Of a stretch of 32,000 bases of DNA, positions 1 to 6,800 are shown in pieces. This stretch comes from Collinsella sp. An2 (lineage in GTDB: Bacteria > Actinomycetota > Coriobacteriia > Coriobacteriales > Coriobacteriaceae), in assembly GCF_002160065.1 (NCBI RefSeq), contig NZ_NFJW01000006.1, positions 1 to 32,000 of the forward strand, written 5' to 3'. A model generated the notes under the pieces. That model was not told where the DNA came from, ran no database searches, and saw nothing but the letters and a program-made list of their open reading frames with translations. The position numbers and the translations under genes are program-made. The stretch's first letter is position 1. Every line of letters begins with the position of its first letter.

Positions 1-115
1 GCCTCCTCTTTGACTGCGGTGCGCGACCGCCGTTTGCACTGACAACAACGATTGTCGCCCAGCCCGCGCTCATGCAAAGGGGAGGCTCCGACCGATTAGT
101 TATCGGTCATATCTT

Positions 116-1255
116 CTAGCCGGCGAGCTTCGCGGCAAAATCGGCGAGCGTGCCGGGGATATCGATCTGCTGCGGACACACTGCCGCGCAGCTGCCGCAC
201 CCGATGCAGGCGTCCGGGCGCTTGTCCTCGGGCAGCGTTCCGACGTACATGCTGGGGATGAAGCCGCCCTTGCCGCCTGTCACGATGGCTTCGTTGTACA
301 TCTCGAGCAGCTTGGGGATGTCGAGCCCCTGCGGGCAGTGGTTCGTGCAATAGTGGCACGCGGTGCATGGCACGGTGCCGCGGCCGAGCATCTCGTCCAC
401 AACTGCCTGCAGCGCCGCCCGCTCTTCCTCGTTGAGCGACTTGTCCTCAGAGAACGTCTGGATGTTCTCCTTCAGCTGATCCATGTTGGACATGCCGGAC
501 AGCGTCACGCACACCTCCGGGATGCCCTGGATAAAGCGGAACGCCCACGCCACGGTGGACTCGTCGGGGCGCAGTTCGTGCAGACGGGCCGCATCCTCGT
601 CCGAGATCTGCGCAAGCTTGCCCCCGCGCACCGGCTCCATGACCCACACGGGCAGGTTATATTTCTTCAGCAGGTCGACCTTGCCCTTGGCGTTCTGGAA
701 CCGCCAATCCAGGAAGTTCAGCTGGATCTGGCAGAATTCCATGTGCTCGCCGTAAGCCTCCAGGAAACGCTCCATGACAGGAATCGCTCCGTGCGCAGAG
801 AAGCCCAGGTGGCGAATCCGGCCCGCCTTCTTCTGCTCAAGCAGATACGGCATGATCCCGTGGGCGGGGTTCAGATACTCGTCGATATTCGACTCGCACA
901 CGTTGTGGATGAGGTAGAAGTCGAAGTACTCCATCCCCGTCTTCTCGAGCTGGCGCTCGAAGATCTCCTCGACCTTGTCCATGTTGGAGAGGTCGTATCC
1001 AGGGAACTTCGTGGCCAGGTAGAACTGATCGCGCGGATGCTGCGCGAGGGCGCGTCCCAAAGCGACCTCGGAGTTGCCGCCGTGGTAGCCCCACGCGGTG
1101 TCGTAGTAGTTGATGCCCTGCTCCATGGCGTAGGCGACCATCCCGTTCACGGCATCCTGGTCAATCTTCGTGTCGTCGCCGTCAACGACTGGCAGGCGCA
1201 TGGCGCCCAGGCCGAGCGCCGAGAGCTTGAGCCCTTGAAAATCCTTATACAGCAT
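116..1255 (-). CDS. Aldo/keto reductase family oxidoreductase with C-terminal 4Fe-4S ferredoxin-type domain
   Basis: ORF 116..1303 trimmed to the ATG at 1255, which has GGGAGAG 6 nt upstream on the minus strand. The N-terminus has AKR-like motifs (LGLGAMRLP, YYDTAWGYHGG, LATKF). The C-terminus has two CxxCxxxCP clusters (CTACHYCTNHCP and CIGCGSCAAVCP), as in Fe-S-containing AKRs. Confidence 0.85.
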   Translation of the reverse strand: MLYKDFQGLKLSALGLGAMRLPVVDGDDTKIDQDAVNGMVAYAMEQGINYYDTAWGYHGGNSEVALGRALAQHPRDQFYLATKFPGYDLSNMDKVEEIFERQLEKTGMEYFDFYLIHNVCESNIDEYLNPAHGIMPYLLEQKKAGRIRHLGFSAHGAIPVMERFLEAYGEHMEFCQIQLNFLDWRFQNAKGKVDLLKKYNLPVWVMEPVRGGKLAQISDEDAARLHELRPDESTVAWAFRFIQGIPEVCVTLSGMSNMDQLKENIQTFSEDKSLNEEERAALQAVVDEMLGRGTVPCTACHYCTNHCPQGLDIPKLLEMYNEAIVTGGKGGFIPSMYVGTLPEDKRPDACIGCGSCAAVCPQQIDIPGTLADFAAKLAG

Positions 1256-1346
1256 GGATATCTCTCCCTCTCTGTCGATGAGCGCCAACGCGCATGGCAA
1301 CATCTCCGTGCCGACGCAGCCGCACTCCAGTACAGGAAAATCATAG

Positions 1347-1368
1347 GACCTTGAGCGCGCTTAAGGTC
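1347..1368. promoter_or_regulatory. 22-bp near-perfect palindrome GACCTTGAGCG|CGCTTAAGGTC, candidate operator
   Basis: 10 of 11 positions are self-complementary. It lies between divergent starts at 1255 (-) and 1552 (+), so a terminator role does not fit. Confidence 0.35.
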
Positions 1369-1551
1369 AAGGCTGAGACGGCGTTTTACGATCGACAGCG
1401 TATTCGGTCGAGCAACCCCTTACGGGTCATTCGTCGCGCATCCACTTTTTCACCGAACAGGTGGACATGTCCTCACCGGTGACCGGTCGGGGCTTTATTA
1501 TGGGGAGCGGGACTCGAAGCGCGCCGAAGCGCGCAGACGATAGGAGCATGC

Positions 1552-3273
1552 ATGGGCGAAGAGAAGCACAAACAGGCAGCATACGAATCGGTCGAGCATG
1601 AAGGCGACGAGCAGCTGCATGGACATGCCGCGGAACCGGTCACAGACGAGCCCGTCGAAACAGCGACGGACATGACGGCTGAAGAACACGTACAGGCATC
1701 CGACGATACAGTCGCAGTCGACGAGGTCGCCGACGACAATCGCACCGCGTCGAGCGACCCCGCCGAAGGTGCGGTCTCCCCTGCTACGGACAGTGAGCAG
1801 GACGTCCCCGTACAGGCGGCGGAGCGTGTTGCCGAGGCGGAATCCAACACGGCAGACGAACTTGGCACCGCAACCGAAGAGCATCTCGAAGCCATAGCCC
1901 TCAAGGAGCATGCCCCGACAGCAGAAGCAGCAGCCGATGCACACGACGGCGGCAGCATGCCTTCCTGGCTGCAACACCCGACAGCGCCCGGCGCGGCGAA
2001 CGCCAACGACGTCATCCGCCATGAGGGTGTCGACCTCCCCGCTCCGGCAGCGCCGGGCGTGGACACCCAGCACCATGCGGCAAGCTCGCACCCCGAACGG
2101 GACGTCACTGCCGCCGCGGCCGAAGCGGCAAACGCCGTGGGAACCTTCTTCTCGGAAGGCGCAGCCGCCGTGCGTGCCATGAACGCCGCCAAGAAAGCCC
2201 ACGCCGAGGCGCGCGAGCAGCTTGATACCCTGGACCGCACCATCGCCGAAGAGGAGGCGGAACTCGAGCATCGCCGCGACGTCGCCTCCCGCTACCACGA
2301 CATCGTTACCGAGCAGACGGCGCGCGTGAAGGCGGCTGTCAAGGCGATCTCTGATGCCGAGACCAAGCAAAAGGCTATCGACGCCACGATTCAGCAGCTG
2401 AAAGAGCAGCTTGAAAGCATGAAGGCCGACGATGCGCAGGCCGAGAAGCGCCTGAAGGCGACCCTTGACGCCGCCGAGGCCAAAGAGGCGTCGGCACGCG
2501 AGGCGAGCTCGCGTCTGAAGCGCCGGCTCGACGATGCAGAGCGCAACCTCGCCAAGGCCGAGGAGGACAAGAAAAACGGAATCGCCGCCGCCACGACCGC
2601 GGCCGAAAGCGCCGAGGCACGCCTCAAGACTCTGCGCGAAGAGTTCGCCGAGGTTCAGCGCAACCCGTCCGCAAACTCTGCCGCCTACAACGTGCGCGCC
2701 AACGAACTCGAGGCGCAGATCTCGGACGCCATGCACGAGCTGCGCGAGGCGCGCGACGGCCTGCCCCAGCTCACCGCCGAGCTCGACGCGGCCATCGCCT
2801 CCGCCAAAAGCCTGCTCGCTGAGGCGCAGAAGCCTATCGAGGCGGCCAAGGCGGAGTTCGAGAATATCCGCGAAGAGGCGGATGACGCCCGCGATGCCTA
2901 CGAGACGGCCAAGCAGGAGTCCAGCGAGCGCCAGCGTGAGCTGCGCGAGAAGGTCGCCGAGCAGGAGAAGGCTCGCCGCGAGCAAGAGCAGGCGGCATCG
3001 GATGCCCGCGACGAGCAGGCGGCCGCCCAGCTCCTCATCGACGAGGCAGAAGACATCCACGCGCACCCCGAGGTGACCGACGCGATTGCAGGCCGTCTCG
3101 ACGCCGACCGCGCTGAGCGCATCGAGGTTGCCAGAGAGGTCGAGCAGCTCGCCGCCGCCGAGCAGAACGTCCGCGAGCAGACCCGCTCATCGCGCCTGCG
3201 CTTCACCGCCGTCGTGGCAGCCATCGTCGTGGTGATCCTGCTCCTGATCATCCTCTGGCTCGTCTTGAGCTAA
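1552..3273 (+). CDS. Tail-anchored coiled-coil protein, function unknown
   Basis: ATG at 1552 with AGGAG 5 nt upstream; 573 aa. An acidic low-complexity N-terminal ~200 aa is followed by ~330 aa of A/E/K/R/Q-rich heptad-like sequence. The last ~23 residues form one hydrophobic helix (FTAVVAAIVVVILLLIILWLVLS). There is no N-terminal signal peptide. Confidence 0.7.
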   Translation: MGEEKHKQAAYESVEHEGDEQLHGHAAEPVTDEPVETATDMTAEEHVQASDDTVAVDEVADDNRTASSDPAEGAVSPATDSEQDVPVQAAERVAEAESNTADELGTATEEHLEAIALKEHAPTAEAAADAHDGGSMPSWLQHPTAPGAANANDVIRHEGVDLPAPAAPGVDTQHHAASSHPERDVTAAAAEAANAVGTFFSEGAAAVRAMNAAKKAHAEAREQLDTLDRTIAEEEAELEHRRDVASRYHDIVTEQTARVKAAVKAISDAETKQKAIDATIQQLKEQLESMKADDAQAEKRLKATLDAAEAKEASAREASSRLKRRLDDAERNLAKAEEDKKNGIAAATTAAESAEARLKTLREEFAEVQRNPSANSAAYNVRANELEAQISDAMHELREARDGLPQLTAELDAAIASAKSLLAEAQKPIEAAKAEFENIREEADDARDAYETAKQESSERQRELREKVAEQEKARREQEQAASDARDEQAAAQLLIDEAEDIHAHPEVTDAIAGRLDADRAERIEVAREVEQLAAAEQNVREQTRSSRLRFTAVVAAIVVVILLLIILWLVLS

Positions 3274-3274
3274 C

Positions 3275-3304
3275 GCGCGCGGGCACCCCCAAGCACCCGC
3301 GCGC
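3275..3304. terminator. GC hairpin between convergent genes (possible bidirectional terminator)
   Basis: GCGCGCGGG (3275-3283) pairs perfectly with CCCGCGCGC (3296-3304) across a 12-nt loop. It sits between the stop at 3273 (+) and the stop at 3319 (-). No U-tract on either side. Confidence 0.35.
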
Positions 3305-3318
3305 AAGTGGGCAGGCAT

Positions 3319-4545
3319 CTATTCGATGAACATCGCGTCGCCGAACGACAGGAACCGATAGCGTTCGGCGATCGCCTGCTCGTAGGCGTCCATGATCTGG
3401 TCACGCGTCGCCAGAGCGGAGACGAGCATCATGAGCGTCGAGCGGGGCACATGGAAATTCGTGATGAGGGCATCGACGACGTGATAGGTCGAACCCGGCA
3501 TGAGGTAGAGATTCGTGGTGGCGTTCTCGCGCGGAACGATGTCGCCGCGTCCGGTCACCGCTGCGGAGTCCGGCGCCTGCTCGAACCGACGAGCCACGAC
3601 AGCAGGGTCGCTCGCAGGCGCATCGGGGTCCCAGGCGCTCTCGAGCGAACGCACGGCCGTGGTACCAACCGCGATCACGCGATGGCCCGCCGCCTTCGTG
3701 GCGTGCACCGCCTCGACGACGTCGGCGGGCACATGGTAGCGCTCGGTATGCATGACATGCTGGGTGGGATCGTCCTCCTCCACCAGGCGAAACGTGTCGA
3801 TACCGACCTCAAGCTCGACCGTCACGAACCCGATGCCCTTGTCCTCGAGCGAAGCGATGAGCTCGGGCGTGAAATGCAGGCCTGCCGTAGGGGCCGCCGC
3901 GGAGTGCTCCTCCTGCATGGCGTAGACGGTCTGATACTTCTCGGGATCACCCTCGTATTGGGTGATATAGGGAGGCAGCGGCACGTGTCCGGCAGCATGG
4001 ATGGCCTCGTCGAGGGTACGCGGGCGGCCGTCGACCCCCTCGCCGACCGGCTCGAAGCGAACGAGGCGGCCTCCCCTGCTCTCGGGCACAAAGTCGACGA
4101 CGGTACCGGTGAGCACCACCGGCGAGGACGCGGGCGCGTGCAGGCCGCCGGCACGATACTCGATCACGGCACCCGGCTTGAGACGGCGCCCCGGGTTCAC
4201 CAGGCACTCCCACACATGGCCAAGCGCATCGACGTCCTCGCGCCGCTTGAGCAGCAGCGTCTCGGCAACGCCGCCCGTGCCGGCCTTATGACCCACCAGG
4301 CGGGCGGGCATGACACGCGTCTTGTTTGCCACAAGCAGGTCGCCCGGCTCGAGGTAGTCGGCGATGTCATAGAAGTGCCGATGCTCGACGCTGCCGCCAT
4401 GACGAAGCGGCACGGTCTGCGAAGCGGTGGCAAGTGGCTCGTCGTCGCGGTGCAACACAAGCAGGCGACAAGAATCGCGCGGGTCTGCAGGGGCCTGTGC
4501 GATGAGTTCGTCGGGCAGGTCGTAGTCAAAGTCGTCGGTACGCAT
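3319..4545 (-). CDS. queA: S-adenosylmethionine:tRNA ribosyltransferase-isomerase
   Basis: N-terminus MRTDDFDYDLPDELIAQAP, plus HVPLPPYI, APTAGLHFT, VIAVGTTAVRSLES, VVDALITNFHVPRSTLMMLVSA and YRFLSFGDAMFIE all match QueA. I chose the ATG at 4545 (AAGAGG 5 nt upstream) over the ATG at 4560, which has no SD. At 408 aa it is longer than E. coli QueA (~356 aa), mostly because of extra residues after the SLES motif. Confidence 0.9.
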   Translation of the reverse strand: MRTDDFDYDLPDELIAQAPADPRDSCRLLVLHRDDEPLATASQTVPLRHGGSVEHRHFYDIADYLEPGDLLVANKTRVMPARLVGHKAGTGGVAETLLLKRREDVDALGHVWECLVNPGRRLKPGAVIEYRAGGLHAPASSPVVLTGTVVDFVPESRGGRLVRFEPVGEGVDGRPRTLDEAIHAAGHVPLPPYITQYEGDPEKYQTVYAMQEEHSAAAPTAGLHFTPELIASLEDKGIGFVTVELEVGIDTFRLVEEDDPTQHVMHTERYHVPADVVEAVHATKAAGHRVIAVGTTAVRSLESAWDPDAPASDPAVVARRFEQAPDSAAVTGRGDIVPRENATTNLYLMPGSTYHVVDALITNFHVPRSTLMMLVSALATRDQIMDAYEQAIAERYRFLSFGDAMFIE

Positions 4546-4909
4546 GAAATCCTCTTTCATAAAGCCGCATAGTGCGGCGAAAGTTCAAACACACCTATCC
4601 TAGCGCAACGCGGCGCGGCTCCGTCACGCCCTGGTGCCCTCACGAACTTCTTCATGCATTTGCTCTGCTGCGCGTTGCGTCGGATAGCGCTTATTTTGCC
4701 CACAAGCTGCTCTAGGAGCTCAAGATGGACTTGTTTCAGCAATGCATACACGCCGGCAGAGCCGAAAAAACGCGATTTTGAACACTTGGCTGGAGAGACT
4801 TATATCTAACCCCTCTAAAACAGGCCAGCGATACTCACGCCGCTTCACATCCTGGCCCACAATGGCGCAAGCGCCCAGGGAAACCGGACAGGCGCTTATC
4901 TTGCAGCGC

Positions 4910-5404
4910 CTAATCTGCCCCAGACGCCTGTCCTTCTGCCGCGAGGGCATCGAGCGTGTCGCCTGTGATGCGGTAGACAGTCCAATCGTCCATGGGCTCT
5001 GCTCCAAGTGAGCGGTAAAACGCGATGCTTGGCTCATTCCAGTCCAGGCACCACCACTCAAGACGCCCACAGCCGCGCTCTCGAGCGATCCGCGCAAGCT
5101 CAACGATGAGGCCACGCCCGTATCCCTTGCCGCGATGCTCTGGCCGCACATACAGATCTTCCAAGTAGACCCCCGCGCGACCCAAAAACGTTGAAAAGTT
5201 GTGGAAGAACAGGGCAAACCCAACCTCTTTGCCTTCATCGTCTAGCACGAAGATGACCTCGGCAGTCCGGCGGTCGAACAACCATTCCTCGAGCGTCGCC
5301 TCATCGGCAACCACCTGATCGAGCATGTGCTCGTAGTCGGCAAGCTCTTTGATAAACGCAAGGATCAGCGAGACGTCCTCACGCGCGGCAGACCGAAACC
5401 TCAT
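4910..5404 (-). CDS. GNAT family N-acetyltransferase (spermidine/diamine acetyltransferase-like)
   Basis: ORF 4910..5611 trimmed to the ATG at 5404, which has AAGGAGGAG just upstream. It has the acetyl-CoA binding motif RPEHRGKGYGRGL and the general GNAT layout. 164 aa. Confidence 0.85.
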   Translation of the reverse strand: MRFRSAAREDVSLILAFIKELADYEHMLDQVVADEATLEEWLFDRRTAEVIFVLDDEGKEVGFALFFHNFSTFLGRAGVYLEDLYVRPEHRGKGYGRGLIVELARIARERGCGRLEWWCLDWNEPSIAFYRSLGAEPMDDWTVYRITGDTLDALAAEGQASGAD

Positions 5405-6038
5405 GGTGCTCCTCCTTTGGCTGAGCGGCTTTTTGAGCAGCAGCCTGCGCGTCGTGCGCCGCGACCTTTGCGGCGCGGCGCTCGTCGCGCAGGCGCGCTC
5501 GGTCAAGCACTGCCTCGGCAGCCGAGAACCGGCAGCCGCAGTAGTTCTGTCGATACATGCCAAGCTCGCGCGAACGACGCGTGGCCTCGGGATACCATGG
5601 GCGAAAATCACGAATCACCGGCACGAGGCCACGCGCGGCGGCGAGCCGCTCGAGCACCTCGTTGCAGACCTCGAACAGCTGGTAGGGCGACACGGCAAGC
5701 GTGGTCGCGATGTGCGTGAACCCCTCGCGCTCCGCCACGCGGCAGGCTTCGGCAAGGCGCAGCGCGTAACAGGCGCGGCATCTGCGCTCCCGGTTGCGGG
5801 CACCGACGGGCGCGACCCCGCGTTCCCAGGCGGCGTAGTCCTCATGTGCCTCGATCAGCGGCGTCGAGGTGGCGGCGCAGTACCGTCTTAGCTCGGCAAG
5901 GCGCCGATCGTGCTCCTCGGCAGGCTGAATGTTGGGGTTGCACCAGCAAATGGTAGGGTCGAAGCCTTCCTCGCGCAGCATCCGCAGGGGTTCAAGCGAA
6001 CACGGGGCGCAGCAGGCGTGAAGCAGCAGCGCGGTCAT
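5379..6038 (-). CDS. queH: Epoxyqueuosine reductase QueH (DUF208 family)
   Basis: N-terminal LLLHACCAPCS motif, CRACYALRL and a C-terminal YCGCRFS motif are typical of DUF208/QueH. The ATG at 6038 overlaps the upstream stop as ATGA. The 3' end overlaps the GNAT start by 26 nt. Confidence 0.85.
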   Translation of the reverse strand: MTALLLHACCAPCSLEPLRMLREEGFDPTICWCNPNIQPAEEHDRRLAELRRYCAATSTPLIEAHEDYAAWERGVAPVGARNRERRCRACYALRLAEACRVAEREGFTHIATTLAVSPYQLFEVCNEVLERLAAARGLVPVIRDFRPWYPEATRRSRELGMYRQNYCGCRFSAAEAVLDRARLRDERRAAKVAAHDAQAAAQKAAQPKEEHHEVSVCRA

Positions 6039-6703
6039 GCGGCATCTCCCCCATCCACGGCGGACCCGCATCGGCCGGACGCGTCTTCTTCTGTACGCGC
6101 GGCGTCGCCGTCATCGAAAAACTGCACACCCCATGTGGTGTCCTCGCACCACGCGATATTCGGATCGCCCGCAATCGCGCGCGCGTATCCCCAGTCACCT
6201 GTACAGCCCGAAAGGTGCAGCACGGCAATGACCACGCCCATGACGGGACATCCCGCCAGGACGCCCAGAGCGACAGCAAGCAGGGTCACCACGATGCTTG
6301 GGGCAAGGGAGACCGCCATATACTGGCGGCGCGTGTAGACGATACCCTCGGCGCAGGCATAGATCATACCCATCTTCCAATTCGCCCCGAAGGTCACGCG
6401 CGAATCATGCGGCGCGAACACCTTGAAAAGGGCAGCGTGAACACCTTCATGGACCAGAAGCGACAAGCAGGTGCCCACGGCCACGGCAACGAGCCACACG
6501 ATCGCGGACCACACACCGGAATCTCCCGAAACGAACAGGCCGCGCAGACCGGAATCAAGCAGGTTGGGAGTCACAACGGCCAAGACGGCCGTAAGAGCGA
6601 CGCATACGGCGATGCCCGCCGCCAGGACGATGACGGTCATTCGGGCAATCCAGCGCAAAAACGCCTTGTCTTCAAACGTATGTATGTCGCTTCGTTTTCT
6701 CAC
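6035..6703 (-). CDS. Polytopic membrane protein with HExxH motif (DUF3267-like putative zincin peptidase)
   Basis: Several hydrophobic helices and LLVHEGVHAALFK (HExxH). The overall pattern recalls DUF3267. The start is a GTG at 6703 with no obvious SD, so the start is uncertain. The stop overlaps the queH start. Confidence 0.65.
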   Translation of the reverse strand: MRKRSDIHTFEDKAFLRWIARMTVIVLAAGIAVCVALTAVLAVVTPNLLDSGLRGLFVSGDSGVWSAIVWLVAVAVGTCLSLLVHEGVHAALFKVFAPHDSRVTFGANWKMGMIYACAEGIVYTRRQYMAVSLAPSIVVTLLAVALGVLAGCPVMGVVIAVLHLSGCTGDWGYARAIAGDPNIAWCEDTTWGVQFFDDGDAARTEEDASGRCGSAVDGGDAA

Positions 6704-6736
6704 GCGTTCAAGGATACACGCATTCCTGCGCTCGTG

Positions 6737-6745
6737 TGCGATAAT
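6737..6745 (+). promoter_or_regulatory. Candidate extended -10 element (TGcGATAAT) upstream of metG
   Basis: TG-N-GATAAT lies 56 nt upstream of the ATG at 6801, in the divergent intergenic region. No convincing -35 element. Confidence 0.3.
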
Positions 6746-6800
6746 GTGGCCCTGCTATCTCGTATCTATTGGAACGACCCACTACCAAGGGAGTGGTCTC

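Noticed and set aside
1-115. Possible minus-strand ORF start (ATG at 72-70, reading MSAGWATIVVVS... off the left edge) and a small hairpin GACCGAT/ATCGGTC at 89-107 after the AKR stop
   Set aside because: Only 24 codons are visible, the SD is weak, and there is no U-rich tract after the hairpin. This is too little sequence to support either call.
338-1354. 338-aa plus-strand ORF antisense to the aldo/keto reductase
   Set aside because: The minus-strand frame has clear AKR and Fe-S motifs and an SD. The plus-strand product is R/H/L/V-rich with no recognisable domain.
1498-3066. 522-aa ORF on the minus strand, fully antisense to the coiled-coil gene (also 1473..2243 and 2534..3076)
   Set aside because: The translation is low-complexity and L/R/G-rich with no motifs and no SD. 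This mirror ORF is expected when a GC-rich, GAG/GCC-repetitive gene has no stop codons on the opposite strand.
3307-4572. 421-aa plus-strand ORF antisense to queA
   Set aside because: QueA motifs are unambiguous on the minus strand. The antisense product is R/G/H-rich and featureless.
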